A stretch of DNA of 64,000 nt from Carpediemonas membranifera BICM (taxonomy: Eukaryota > Protista > Fornicata). The stretch's first letter is position 1; every line of letters starts with the position of its first letter. The stretch spans positions 372,001 through 436,000 of the forward strand of contig JAHDYR010000001.1 of assembly GCA_019828565.1 (NCBI GenBank), written 5' to 3'. The notes under the pieces are model-generated. The model worked only from the letters and a program-made list of their open reading frames with translations. It was not told the origin of the DNA and ran no database searches. A program made the translations under genes and the position numbers. Positions 30,159 to 41,611 of this stretch are shown here, piece by piece.

Positions 30159-30330
30159 CTTTCGTTCGTCTGTGAAGCTTCGACTCAAAACAGTCAACCA
30201 CCGACAACAGAGGTGATCACCTGCCTGAACGCAGCCCTACAACAGGCCTCACGGGTGCTTCAGCGAGCGTAATCTTTTTTCACGAATTTTTCGAGAGAAC
30301 ATCATCTCCTTCTTCATCTGTGCAAAAGAC

Positions 30331-31158
30331 ATGTCCACAGGAAATACGCAAGCGTACTACAGCCCTGCGTCCGCACATATTCACACACGTGGTCCTGGAG
30401 CCAGTGGACGCCCGTACTCGCCGGGGCGTAGGCTTGGTTCCCCTGGAAGGCGCACACAATCACCAAACCGCACTGGTTCTGGCGCGCCAGCCCGTCAGCG
30501 TAGCCCAAAGCGTATTCTTGACGCGAAACGCGAGCTGCAGGACGTCGACGAAGACCTCCGTTTGCTTCAAAACCGTGTCCAAAAGCTCAAGCTCGAGGAG
30601 GAGAAGGCTCGCATGAAGACCGAGATGGCCAAGAGGAAGGCCGAGGAGATCCAAAAGGCAAAGGAGGAGCACATGAGGCAGCAACGCATCGCTCAAAAGA
30701 AGCGCGAGGCCGCCGAAGAACGCCAGCGGAAAGAGCGCGAGCGTAACTACCAGCTCGCCCTTGAGCGCCGCAAGGCCATCCAGCAGAGCAGAGAACGCGT
30801 GGCCCAAGAGAAACGCAACTCCTTCCGTGAGGGCCGTGCTGCCGCTGCCAAGGCCAGCGAGACTCTCGCAGAGACCCGCAGAAAGGAGCGCGAGCGTGCT
30901 TCCCAGCTCAAGCACATGGTCAAGAGCCAGCTCGAACAGGCTACTGAGAAGCGCATGCAGCTGACACAGCAGACGGAGATAATGGCTGCCAGCCTCACGG
31001 AGCAGACTCTGTCTGACCTCGAGCAGACGAGAGCTCGTAAGGAACAGGAGAGCAAACGGCTGGCGATGATCGAGCAGGAGATGCTCGACAGGCTTCAGGC
31101 TGTCCGCGACGAGCAGAGAAACGCCTACCAGGATCTCGAGGCCGCTCTGAACGAATAG
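30331..31158 (+). CDS. Charged coiled-coil protein with SP-rich N-terminus
   Basis: E/K/R/Q-rich heptads, several SPxR sites, TGTAAA after the stop. Confidence 0.75.
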   Translation: MSTGNTQAYYSPASAHIHTRGPGASGRPYSPGRRLGSPGRRTQSPNRTGSGAPARQRSPKRILDAKRELQDVDEDLRLLQNRVQKLKLEEEKARMKTEMAKRKAEEIQKAKEEHMRQQRIAQKKREAAEERQRKERERNYQLALERRKAIQQSRERVAQEKRNSFREGRAAAAKASETLAETRRKERERASQLKHMVKSQLEQATEKRMQLTQQTEIMAASLTEQTLSDLEQTRARKEQESKRLAMIEQEMLDRLQAVRDEQRNAYQDLEAALNE

Positions 31159-31386
31159 GTGTAAATGTATCTGATATTACTCCCATCCGTGTGAAGCGGT
31201 GTTCTTCTGGGACAATGAGATGTGGTGTGGCTGGGTTGGCAAGGTGGCAGGTTTCCTGGGTAAGAATTGAAACGGTCTAGGTCCGCGGAACAGCGGGTTG
31301 CCGATTGGATAGACAGCCAGTAGCGTGGATATGACAGATACGGTTCGATATTTTGCGACTGCTTCGTTTTGGGGGCACTTGCAACT

Positions 31387-31923
31387 ATGAGTGCAGTGAA
31401 GGACGTGGCTGAGCGTCTCGAGCAGCTAGAGCTCTTTGAGTCGGACAATGATGCTGTACTGCTGTCCTCAAGATCAATTCGAGAAGAACGTGAAGGAGCG
31501 TTGCGACGTGGCATGCAAAAGGCTGCCAAGCACGCCAGCCTCAGTAGACAGAGCAGCTTTGAGCGGCTACAAACTAACTATGAGCTCTTTAAGGCATCAC
31601 AGGCATCACTAGCAACTTCCTCAAGCACAAGCTCCATCAATGGCCTCAGCGAGGACGAACTTGTCTCACTGAGAACAGATGTGAATGCCGACATCAGACG
31701 TCAGTGCAACGAGCATACAAAGCTCATTGAGGACGCAGACATCCCGCGCGCCGAGCGCGACAGATTGCTCCGGGCATCGAAGAAGAAGCTCGCATATCTT
31801 GCTGCGCTTCAGCGGCGAAGGCTCGAGACATCACTCGACGTTGAGCGGGTCGAACCAACGGAGACAGTGATACGGAAGGTCGACTATATTGGGCGACTTA
31901 GTCAAGCACTTGATACTCTTTAG
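31387..31923 (+). CDS. Hypothetical helical protein
   Basis: ATG-initiated ORF of about 178 aa with protein-like composition. Confidence 0.6.
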   Translation: MSAVKDVAERLEQLELFESDNDAVLLSSRSIREEREGALRRGMQKAAKHASLSRQSSFERLQTNYELFKASQASLATSSSTSSINGLSEDELVSLRTDVNADIRRQCNEHTKLIEDADIPRAERDRLLRASKKKLAYLAALQRRRLETSLDVERVEPTETVIRKVDYIGRLSQALDTL

Positions 31924-32021
31924 ATCTCGAGAATTGATGACAGAATCAGGACGCCCTCTATCAATAGCGGTCTGTAGATAAAAACCGTTGGCGTTCGCTT
32001 TACATTCACACTATAATATCA

Positions 32022-35000
32022 TCATGTATCCAGGCTGACCGGCGACTCACCAATAGTCGACAGCCGGGACGGTGTCGCGGGAACTTCAAGCCCAACCCGG
32101 CGACGGAGGTTGAGAGCAACACTAGGAGTGCCGAACTGCTCTCTAAACGAGTTGACAACGGCCACACGCTCGACAGGGGAGGGTATCGCTGCGCTGCCAG
32201 GCATGACCCTGCTCCGGTCGGGCTTGGGTGTCGCCCCCGTCTCGGGCAAGGAGGTGACGGTCTCACCCAAGACCTCCACGGTCTGTTTGAGAGCCTTGAT
32301 GTCATCTGTGACCGTCCCAAGAACCTCGTGGGTGATCTCGGCATGCTCAGCCATGGCAGTCTTCGTGGCATCGAGCACAGCTTCAGAGGCGGAGTCAAGG
32401 GTCGTGTTGGCGTTGAGAAGCTGACTTATAGCCGCAGATACGGCCTCAGCGCCGGCCTGCGCCTCTGTGTCGACCATTGTAGCAAGCTCAGACACCACGC
32501 CGTCGGCCCACTTGCCGTTCTGGATCAGGCGGTCAGTGAGCCCGGCAACAGCATTGGAGGCGTGGCTCGTGATGTCATGGACCTCCTCGACGACCAGGGG
32601 CACCGTTTCATCCACCTGACAGGCAACGTGCACTGTAAGGTCGTGGGATTCCTTGACCGACTGGGAAATCGTCTTAATGTGACTCTTGATCGAGTCGACG
32701 CTTTCTTCGACAGTAAGCATGGCGCCGGATGCCTTGCGGGTAACTGACGCGACGAATGCAGTAAGATCGTCCCGCGTGGCGGTCGAGGTATCTCTTTCCA
32801 TGTGCAGATGCGAGTCGATTGAGTCAAGTATCGCTGCGCTGTTGGCATCGACTGCCTCCTCCACCACTGTCAGCAGCCTCTTCTTGAAGTCGGCCAGTTG
32901 TGTCTGGAGTGCAGATCTGACACTCAGCCTGGCATTCTCTGTTTCGGTAACGCGTGTCTCGACCGTCGCGACGAGCTCCTCGCCCTCCTCCTCGATTGGC
33001 CCGAGGATCTCCTTGAGGGTTTCGACAAGACTCTTGCCAGCGCCCTCCACCTCGGCGCATGCGTCGGCCCCGTACTCGTTGAGGCGGCGGGCCTCGTCCT
33101 TGATACGGGTGGCGTTGTCACGAATTTCATGCGCCATTGCGGTCACAGATTCGATATGGGGCATCAGCGATTCATCGAAAGTAGGCTTCAGCGTGGCGAT
33201 ATCTTCGGCCTCAACAGAGATAGCCTGGTTGACCTCCGAATAGACGTTGTCACAGCTCTCCTTGAGAACCGCGGGGATTTGACTGCACGCGACATCAGCG
33301 TTCCTCTGAGCGGTCGCCACGTCCTTACCCAGCTGCCGTCTTGTCTCATTAAATCTACCAAAGATCGTATCGACCGAATCCACCCACTCTGCCACGATGC
33401 TGCCCTGCGTGCTGACCGAATCTTGCATCTTCCTCAGGCCCTCGCCGAGATCCTCCCTGCCTTGCTCAATGGCCACCAGGTTGATGGTCTCGTGATCGTG
33501 CGCCCTGTTGAGTTTGCTGAACATGCCCTCGAGGTCACCCTGCGTCTTCTTGAGGCTGGTGATGGCTGTGACGGCCGTCTGCTTGAGCTGGCCGTGCTTG
33601 GTCTCGAGCTCGTCGTTGACCACGATCTCGGCCCCGAGCTTGCTCGTAGTCGCCTTCAGCTCGGTCTCGGCTCTGCGCAGTTTAGCCAAAGTCGCGTCCT
33701 TCTCTTTCTGCGTCACCGCCAAGTCCTTGGACACCATCTCAAACTGTTCGTGCAGGCCGGCCAGAGTCGTCTCAAGCTCCTTGAGGTTGTTCTCCATGGC
33801 CTTCTCGTCCTCCTTCATTTTGTCGAAATGTGTCGGGTCAAGCCAGACACCGTCCTGGCGTCTCGCAGCGGCGAGCTCCCTTTGGAGGGCCTCGATCTCC
33901 CCCATGTACTCGCGCAGCATCTCCTTCTTCGTGCGGCGTTCGTTTGCCTCGGGGTTGTTCTGGACCTGCATAGCTGCCGCAGCGTATCTCAAAGTCGACT
34001 GAGTCTCGGCGATACAGTCAGATGCAGGGGATACGGTGGCAATGATCGTCGTCTTCGCCTTGCCTCCGAGGCTCTCCTGGAGAAGCCGTGTGAGCTTCGA
34101 GTCGCGGTAGGATATGTGCCTCTCGTGCTGTGAGAGCTCTCTGATCACCTTGCCGAGCGTAAGGAGAGACTGGTTGATGGCGCGGCCTTCCTTCTGTTGC
34201 TTGACGTTGCCGCGTTCAACGGCACCGGACAAAGCTGCACTCTCAGAACCAGCGAGATCGACGAGGTTAAGCTTACCGATCTTGAGGAGCTCCTCGCCAG
34301 CGGCACTAGACTCGCGCACGTGAACGGTAATCGAGAAGATGCAATGGGACCGCGAGGAGCGTGCGTTCATGTCGGTAGCGCTCGTTGTGCGGCGCTCGGT
34401 ACTCCTCTCGAGATGGTTGAGAACCTCGACGGCATCAGACACGACGAACTCCTCAAGGCCTTGCACAACAGTGGGGCATCCAGGTACGGCGCGGTTGGAG
34501 AAGATGCGGGGCTCGGCGTTGGGCTCGCCTTCCTTGACTTCGGCGAGGAGGTCGAGGAGATGCTCGTTGTATAGTTCGAGGTGTGATATTCTCACCGTAA
34601 AGTCGGCACCCGACTCGCTGAGCGAGTCAAAGATCTCAGACACGGCCCGGGGGATGATACCGGTGTCGGCTGGGAGGTCTGTGAAGCGCATGTTAGGGCT
34701 GATCTCGCCTGGGGCAACGCCTTCCATGGTGTAGGTCTTGCATGTGTAAGTGTGGGGCTGGGAACATACCAGTGCCTGTCTGGCCATAGGCGAAGATGGT
34801 GCAGTTGAAACCTTGGAGAACCTCCGCGATGACGGGTGAAACGACCTCCTTGTAGAGGGTAACCTGGTTGGTATCGGCGGCATATGCTTTGTTGTACACA
34901 AACTTCGGCTGGTGCTTCAGAGAGGGGATTGAGACGGTGCGGCGGCCTTCGACTTGCAGGATCTCCTTGGTGCCTAGCTGCTCCTTCTCACGGCCGTTCA

Positions 35001-35067
35001 TGGGCCGGATTCTGAGGGCAACGTTGATGTTCACGCTATTAGAGCTGTTCTTTCCCTGTTTGGACAT
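32022..35067 (-). CDS. KIF11: Kinesin-5 (BimC/Eg5); exons 35067-34770 and 34741-32022
   Basis: VNINVALRIRP, GFNCTIFAYGQTGTG|KTYTMEG, NARSSRSH, GKLNLVDLAGSE, INQSLLTLG, YRDSKLTRLLQESLGG, C-terminal BimC box TGATPK. Confidence 0.92.
34742..34769 (-). other. 28-nt intron with non-canonical GT...AT ends in the kinesin-5 P-loop
   Basis: GTATGTTCCCAGCCCCACACTTACACAT; removing exactly these 28 nt gives GQTGTGKT. Confidence 0.75.
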
Positions 35068-35405
35068 TGGAAACTGGACTATCTATCAATGTACGATTGC
35101 GTAGGTGCTAGAACGGCTTGTGATAGTGGCGTACGAGCGAGGAAGCGGGCTCGAAGTTCACTTGCAGAAAAATTTCTAAAATTTTTCTTGATTCAGTCGA
35201 TCTCGGATATCATCACCCAGGCTGCGGCAGTGTATTGCCTGGAATAGCCTGCCATCAAACTGCCCAGCAAAGTTTTTAATTTCCAAATCGCTGACGTAGA
35301 GCGAGCCACATTCGTGGGTTGACCAAGGCCGAGACGAGAGAAAGATTCTTTAGGAGACTTTATGGACCATACGCTGCGTAGTTTTAAAATCCGATGGCCA
35401 AAGCC

Positions 35406-35813
35406 TCAATTGTTGACACTCCAACGATAGCCGCACTTCAGGCAGGTATAGAAGACAGTCTGGCCCTCATCGACTGAACGCATCTGCATGGTGATGAAGC
35501 TACACTGGTTGTGGCCGCACTTGGGGCACTCCTCTTCGACGATGGCCTGGCTCTCCTGTTCGTGTTCCACAGCCGCAAAGAGATCTTCCTTCTTGATATG
35601 CGCCTTTGTGCGAATCTCCTCACCCGTAGTTCCCAAATCGTCGAAGTCCATGCGGTATTTGCAGGAGACACAGCTCGCACCGAAAGAAGTGATGTGCAAG
35701 AGCATATGGCAAACCGGGCAGAAGTGAACGGCAGTCTTTGATGCGTTAGCGGTAGTAGCACCAAACTGATACGAATCAAGTTCCTGGTTTGGCTCTTCTC
35801 TTGCGTTCACCAT
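35406..35813 (-). CDS. RPA12: RNA polymerase I subunit RPA12
   Basis: N-terminal Zn ribbon FCPVC..CVSC; TFIIS-like CPKCGH...MQMRSVDEGQTVFYTCLKC. Confidence 0.88.
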   Translation of the reverse strand: MVNAREEPNQELDSYQFGATTANASKTAVHFCPVCHMLLHITSFGASCVSCKYRMDFDDLGTTGEEIRTKAHIKKEDLFAAVEHEQESQAIVEEECPKCGHNQCSFITMQMRSVDEGQTVFYTCLKCGYRWSVNN

Positions 35814-36089
35814 CGTCGTTCTGCCGTCCAACATTTTTTTACGCAAAAGTTATGCGGGCTAAGCAAGCGACATTGGAGCCATCTGTGTCACGCTATCGAC
35901 ATACTGGCTCGAACATACCCTCTGCTGAAGCTCATTTGTACGGAGTGCAGGTTAAGGTTCAGGGCTCGAGCAATGGAGGTGTTCGTTCCTTCCCAGTGCC
36001 AATAACACAGTGTCAGCAAACATACTATCCCATTGACCAATATCGAGGTCTATAACGCTGTGATTAAGCGTGAGAAGGGAAGACGGAAC

Positions 36090-36530
36090 ATGAAAGCGAA
36101 TCAGCTTCCTCACAGTGTGATCAAGTTCGAAGGAGATGTCCGCGACTACCTCAAGGCACACGTTAAGCGTCTGCGGGAGGAAGTGGAAGTTACCAATCGC
36201 AATGGCGATTCCACCGGACGCTCTGAGGTCCGTCTCCGCGCCCTCATGGACATCTTTGAAGACCACAAGAGCCTCAACATTGCCTCCGAGGACCAGCTCG
36301 CACTGCTCAACAATGAGCTGACGAATGAAATGGAGCTTGCCCTCTTTTCTCCGAGCATTTTCGAGAAGGAAGGTGCCGAGGTCCTCTCGCAGCGCCTCCT
36401 GGCGTGCTGGGGCGTTGAGCCCGCGGAAGAGCCTGAGTATGACGAGGATATGCCCATGGAGCCTTCCCAGCCCCTGGCCGAGGAGAGCCGGCCCCAGGAC
36501 AGCGATAGTGAGAGCGACAGCGACTACTGA
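36090..36530 (+). CDS. Hypothetical protein with acidic tail (start uncertain)
   Basis: GC3-rich ORF, D/E/S-rich end. Confidence 0.55.
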   Translation: MKANQLPHSVIKFEGDVRDYLKAHVKRLREEVEVTNRNGDSTGRSEVRLRALMDIFEDHKSLNIASEDQLALLNNELTNEMELALFSPSIFEKEGAEVLSQRLLACWGVEPAEEPEYDEDMPMEPSQPLAEESRPQDSDSESDSDY

Positions 36531-36683
36531 GGGCTGGGGCGAGGATACAAGCTCAGGGGCATGACATACGCCGGTGTTGATAAATCGAGGGTATTTGGCA
36601 AGGTGTTTACTGAAGCACTGGCGTGGCATTGCTGGGCTGACGAGCATACTACGATTTCCAATGGAGCTACCCCACGAACCACC

Positions 36684-37274
36684 TCACCCGAACTCCGACT
36701 CCATAACCTCTCTGTTCTTGGCGTCCACAGATGCCTCAATCTCTTCCGCCAACTGCCGCATGAGCCTGTCAAGCTGGTGGTTGGAAAAGATGGCCACCAA
36801 CTCTTTCAGACTGAGACTACCGCCATCGGTGAGATACTGGCCGTACCATTGGGAGTGCTGCATCTCCGTATCATGGAATCTCTGCAGGTTCACCATGTCT
36901 TTCATGATCTGGTCGTGTCGGTGACGCTCGATGGCGGCATTCGTGATGGTAGTAATCTCCTCGGTAAGGATTGGACCGAGTCGTGGATCAATAGACGAGG
37001 ACTGGGCCTCAGTTATCGTCTCGGCGATTGTGAACTGCTGCCTGGGCGGTTCAAGCGAGGAAAGAATGCCATGTACCTTCTTTCTCACTGATTCAACGCG
37101 GTCTGAAAATGCCATAAGTTCCTGATTGTTGATTGCTTGCACCTTGGTCCGATTGAGAATCTGGTTTGCTGCATCTATCAGCAGTACGTCCAGCATTCGG
37201 TTCTGCAACTCTGCCTCCTGCTTTGAAATGACTGGAATTGAAGATTTCTTCCCAGCGCCCACATATCTATTCAT
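36684..37274 (-). CDS. Hypothetical helical/coiled-coil protein
   Basis: ATG at 37274, about 196 aa, helical composition. Confidence 0.6.
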   Translation of the reverse strand: MNRYVGAGKKSSIPVISKQEAELQNRMLDVLLIDAANQILNRTKVQAINNQELMAFSDRVESVRKKVHGILSSLEPPRQQFTIAETITEAQSSSIDPRLGPILTEEITTITNAAIERHRHDQIMKDMVNLQRFHDTEMQHSQWYGQYLTDGGSLSLKELVAIFSNHQLDRLMRQLAEEIEASVDAKNREVMESEFG

Positions 37275-37319
37275 GCCAAAGCGTTGTCGCCTTAAAGTGC
37301 CTGGTTTAAACTGCACAAA

Positions 37320-37647
37320 ATGGTATGAGCGATATCTCTTGAACTATCACACAGGACACCTTGGAAGACCAGCTATCATCACTACAAGCTGAAGTGAACA
37401 AGCGTAGGACCGACATAATTAACGCACCTGGCGAAGCAAGGCAAATTCTCCAACATGTGGACGCTGCTGCTGGCCAGATCGGTTCCCTGATCAAACAGGT
37501 GGAGCGCGAGAACCTCGAACTGTTGAAACAGCACGACACTCTCACAAAGTATGGATTCCTGCATCTCTGTTACCCAGATTCCTCGACTCGTGTGTTTCCG
37601 ACCTGAACCGGGCGCTTGAGGTCGACCTCTCGAAGCATGACCTCTGA
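37320..37647 (+). CDS. Small (about 88 aa) coiled-coil protein with three exons: 37320-37322 (ATG only), 37355-37548, 37578-37647
   Basis: Introns GTATGA...CACACAG (32 nt) and GTATGG...TACCCAG (29 nt) give M|DTLEDQLSSLQAEV...TK|FLDSCVSDLNRALEVDLSKHDL*. Confidence 0.7.
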
Positions 37648-38747
37648 GCAGCTGTTGTTATACTTTATCACACGATTGAGCACATAAAGTTCAGCCTTTC
37701 TCAGATCAACGCCGTCCGAGCTTTTTATTCGCACACGCTAGCGTCCATCAGAACGATAATACAGGTTCACCATGTCTTCTGGGCCGTCTACACTGCGGAT
37801 TGCTTTACATTAGTACCCTCTGACTGATTCGACTGATTCGATGAGCGGGCCGACCTGCCTGGGCGAGTCACAAGAGTGCGAGGAGGGCCAGCGGCGATCT
37901 CCCGACCAATATCTAGCGGCATTCCAGTTGCACACCTCTATTGACAAGCGCTCCGAGTCGGAGAGTCGTGGACCAAACTGCGAACCAGGACAACCCTCGC
38001 TCGAATCGCTCCCACAAGCGTTGCAAGGTCTGGCACAGCAAGCGGTCGATACGATTTGTGATATCACTCGAGTCGTCGAGTCGAAGTTTTGATTCAATCA
38101 TTGCAGATAACCACGTGTTTGAACGTGGCAGCACTTCATTCACCGCTGATGGTTCTAGCTGCAGTTGCTGACGCGATTAATTCTGTTAACGTTCAAACTA
38201 CTCAGTCGTACATCAAGCTGCTGAATTCGACGTTTAAGTTCGTCGTTAACCTGAGTGTGGTGTTGATAAGCCTACACAGGCTTGTCGTCTACGGAATGAG
38301 CTTTCTAGATAGGAACCGGCAATCTAACGATGCAAACAAGCGCCCTGCAGATGCCATTGAGATGCTTCCGGATCAGGGGTCGATCCAAAAGCAATCCCGA
38401 ATGCTCACCCAGGCAGTCGTCGTCCAGCTCGTCAAGCCCACGCCCCGCCGCATGCTGACCTACTCAGACAACATCGAGTCCTCGTCTCAAACCGACGAGA
38501 TTCGGACCCTTGACGGATGGACATCCGAGGAGGACAACCTCTTCTAACCCGAAAGCTGCCTCACTGCCTCGGAACAACATCGGACATCTTACCCTAATAC
38601 CTTTCTACCCTGAATCAATGCTCTGTTTCGCCCCTCCTTTTGCCTCTTTCAGTTCAGTTCGTAAGCTTCTGACCACCATAAAACTCAGCGATCATGCCTT
38701 TTAATACAAACAATCAATGCACAGAACACGTAAATGCAACATCAAAC

Positions 38748-40709
38748 TCACACCTCACACCAACCGACCGCCCCAACCCTCCAATGGTCGTCCCAGTATA
38801 GTGCCAGATCGCATGGCCCCAGCAGACCAAGCGAGGCAGGGAATGACCCAGAACAGCCCTGCTGGACTTCAGCCACATGATTCAAGCTGAATCCGATCAG
38901 AGGCTTCCATAGTTCAGGGTTGAGGGTAGCGAAGAGCACCCCAGATGGATCTGAGATCATCACAACGGTGTCGACAGCGACAGGGATCGGCTGAGGCATG
39001 TCTGGCCCCAGCAGCGCGGCGAATGCGTCTCGAGACTCTTCAGTCGACACGTCTGGGAAAGAAATTAGACCCCAGATCTTGAATCCCCGCTGTTTCCGGA
39101 CAATCGAGTCGAGAGCATGGATCTGGGCGATTGTCACTGAGTCACGAGTCGGTCGTGGAATCTGGTCGATCGTCAGCGGACCCCCGTTGACCGTGCAGAT
39201 CTGGGACATCGGCATTGGCGGGAGGAAACGCCGTGGGGCGACTTTCACACGACTGTAACGGGTCATGGACAGTTTCAGTGTCCGGGAGTCTGAATCAGCT
39301 CGGACCACAACATCTGACACTTTCACTGAAAAATCTCGACTAACACGCGACATGGCCTGGAGATCGTTAAAGAACTGAAGCATAACAATGCCGCTGTCAT
39401 CATCCTTCGGAAGATCAATAGATATGGCCTGACCGCCCCAATGTGCCAACGGAAGATCGTCCTTGCTTTCTCTCTTGAATGACGGCACGCCGAGACAGTC
39501 TGTCAGTTGCAACTGACAGTCAGTGAGATTCAGGCAAGATCCTACGACATCTAAATACTCTGACCCGCCCGTCTTGATAGTATTCGACCACGTTAGACGC
39601 GATACAGTCATCTCTGAGCTGCTACCGAGTTCAAATAGCGGGGGTGGTGCGGCTTGCACACCACTCAGGGCTGGGCAGAGCCGTTTGATCGCCCAATCGT
39701 CACCCATATCCCATGGAGCCAATGGGGAGACGTAATCTCTGATCGCGGTGAACTTACCGCCTCGTCTCGGGTTGGTGACGATGACCTTGTTCTTGTATGT
39801 CGACACAACCACCTCAGCCAGCCTCAGCATGTCTCCAGGAAGCCACTGCGGTGCAGTCTGGCCTGCAAAGAACCAGTTGACAGTGAAACGACAACCGCCA
39901 GAGCTTGGGTCTGCATCATAAAGGTCGACCGTCAGCATAGGATCAGATTTGGCCCGTGTCCCGTGCCGGCCGAGGGTCACGGCGCCCACTACGCCATAAA
40001 CAGTGCAGTTTGTGATCCTGTCCTTGTCTTTGAGAGCATCCTGCAGGGCTTTGAATGAGGGGGCGTGTCGGACCGTGGCGGGGCGGACCGAATTCACAGA
40101 GTGCATCTTCTTGGTCACATCACGGACATGGATCTGGATATCTACGATGACAGCAGTGTTCTCCTTGCGAAATAGGCCAAGGTCGACGTTCTTTGTCGCT
40201 GAATCGCTGCAATAGAGCTGGCCTGGAGAATTTGAGTAAGTATGAAGTTTCAGCTGTTTTGTGCAGTATTCGTTGAGTAAAATAGCCCACTCATCAAGAA
40301 TAGTAACCGATACAAAGGCGTCTGTGGCTCTGTTGATCCCTGTGCATTCAATGTACGGCTCCAGCTTCGTACCCTTGTCTACCGCGCGATATCGAAGCAG
40401 AGACATGCCTTTGATGATCAAGTTATTGTCATGGGGATTCCCTCGCTGCTGTGTAATGCCGTTTAGCAGCGTTGTGAATCTCATCTTGGACTGTCGACTC
40501 GGTGCAGTTTTGGTCCAGTCACGGTCCGCTCTTGTCGAATCATCAAGCCTCTTGTTCTCCGTGAAGCTCCCTCGAGGTTGGGAGGATTGCTTGCGGACAA
40601 CGTAAGAATAACGGCCGTGAACACGCAAAGTCTTGGTCCTCCGCCAATCCCAAGATGTCTCCCGATCGCCGCCTCGGGAGTATCCCAGCAATAGCTCTTC
40701 TCCTTTCAT
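38748..40709 (-). CDS. POT1: POT1/TEBP-alpha-like multi-OB-fold ssDNA-binding protein
   Basis: NCTVYGVV...KSDPMLTVDLYD...FTVNWF...PQWLPGDMLRLAEVVVSTYKNK resembles POT1 OB1; YLDVVG...LQLTD resembles the start of OB2. Confidence 0.6.
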   Translation of the reverse strand: MKGEELLLGYSRGGDRETSWDWRRTKTLRVHGRYSYVVRKQSSQPRGSFTENKRLDDSTRADRDWTKTAPSRQSKMRFTTLLNGITQQRGNPHDNNLIIKGMSLLRYRAVDKGTKLEPYIECTGINRATDAFVSVTILDEWAILLNEYCTKQLKLHTYSNSPGQLYCSDSATKNVDLGLFRKENTAVIVDIQIHVRDVTKKMHSVNSVRPATVRHAPSFKALQDALKDKDRITNCTVYGVVGAVTLGRHGTRAKSDPMLTVDLYDADPSSGGCRFTVNWFFAGQTAPQWLPGDMLRLAEVVVSTYKNKVIVTNPRRGGKFTAIRDYVSPLAPWDMGDDWAIKRLCPALSGVQAAPPPLFELGSSSEMTVSRLTWSNTIKTGGSEYLDVVGSCLNLTDCQLQLTDCLGVPSFKRESKDDLPLAHWGGQAISIDLPKDDDSGIVMLQFFNDLQAMSRVSRDFSVKVSDVVVRADSDSRTLKLSMTRYSRVKVAPRRFLPPMPMSQICTVNGGPLTIDQIPRPTRDSVTIAQIHALDSIVRKQRGFKIWGLISFPDVSTEESRDAFAALLGPDMPQPIPVAVDTVVMISDPSGVLFATLNPELWKPLIGFSLNHVAEVQQGCSGSFPASLGLLGPCDLALYWDDHWRVGAVGWCEV

Positions 40710-40829
40710 TTAGCTGTGGCAAATTACAAGTGCAGCTCGCATGGATGCGCTGCTCGATATCGCGATATTATGGTCGGGTGACATCGCCCTTCATCACGCG
40801 ACATACAAATAAAAAATGATCCTGAACAC

Positions 40830-41394
40830 TCACCGCATGCCGCTCCTAGACACTGGCCTGTCTCCGCCTCCAGGGCTCCTGGGCCGCTGTAGTGCCTTGA
40901 TCTCGTCTTCCTTAGCCTTGTTATAGTGCTGGATGGTAAGGATCAACAGCGATCGTACAGCACAAGCGTCGAAGACGACGACTACTGCCCTCTGAAGCTG
41001 GTGGGCAATGATCACGAGGATGGATGAAGTCATCGTCGTCTCCGTGATGGTGCTGTAGATGATGAGGTAGAGGTAGAAGATGCACAGGGCGCTGAAGTGG
41101 ACGAAGGCCATTATCAGAGTCATTCGGAGGTGTTTGATCCATTGTCTGTGTGAAAAGAGGGCAGAAGCAAAAGACATACTTGGGGTCTACTACGATGGTG
41201 TTATCGAAGGTGAGGTACCAAACATAGAATATCATGCTTCCAGGGATGACAACTGACGTGATAATACGCAGAAAGCCGAAGAAAATAATTGCTACAACGT
41301 GTATGTCCAAAATGACGACCGAGTAACCCTCAAGAAGCAAATCAAGCATTACGAATATGATAAATGCCGAGAATGGCAGCAAAACTTTCAGCAT
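40830..41394 (-). CDS. TMEM138-like ciliary membrane protein; intron 41179-41146
   Basis: A 34-nt GTATGT...CACACAG intron joins two ORFs; DLLLEGYS, FDNT, MTLIMAFVHF and LQRAVVVVF follow the TMEM138 pattern as recalled. Confidence 0.55.
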
Positions 41395-41611
41395 CTCTGA
41401 CGTGAGTACCAAGAAACGCTGACCTTCAGTTTTCGTGCCATAAACTGCATGTTTTCTCTTTTCGCTGTTTGACCCTCGACTCGGCTCTGACTCTCATGCG
41501 ACTGGACTGAGGCCGCTATCGGACTGTTTTCGAACCGTATCTTTGCCCACCGCACTTTACGGCCAGCAAACGTTTCGCCTGCACAATCCACCTACCTTGC
41601 CCGCAAGTTTG

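Noticed and set aside
35166-35188. AT-rich palindrome AGAAAAATTT-CTA-AAATTTTTCT upstream of kinesin-5
   Set aside because: Low complexity and a single instance; may be a promoter element but is unsupported
37680-38547. Fragmented ORFs 37841-38092 and 38089-38547
   Set aside because: No recognisable domain or convincing intron; cannot distinguish pseudogene from chance
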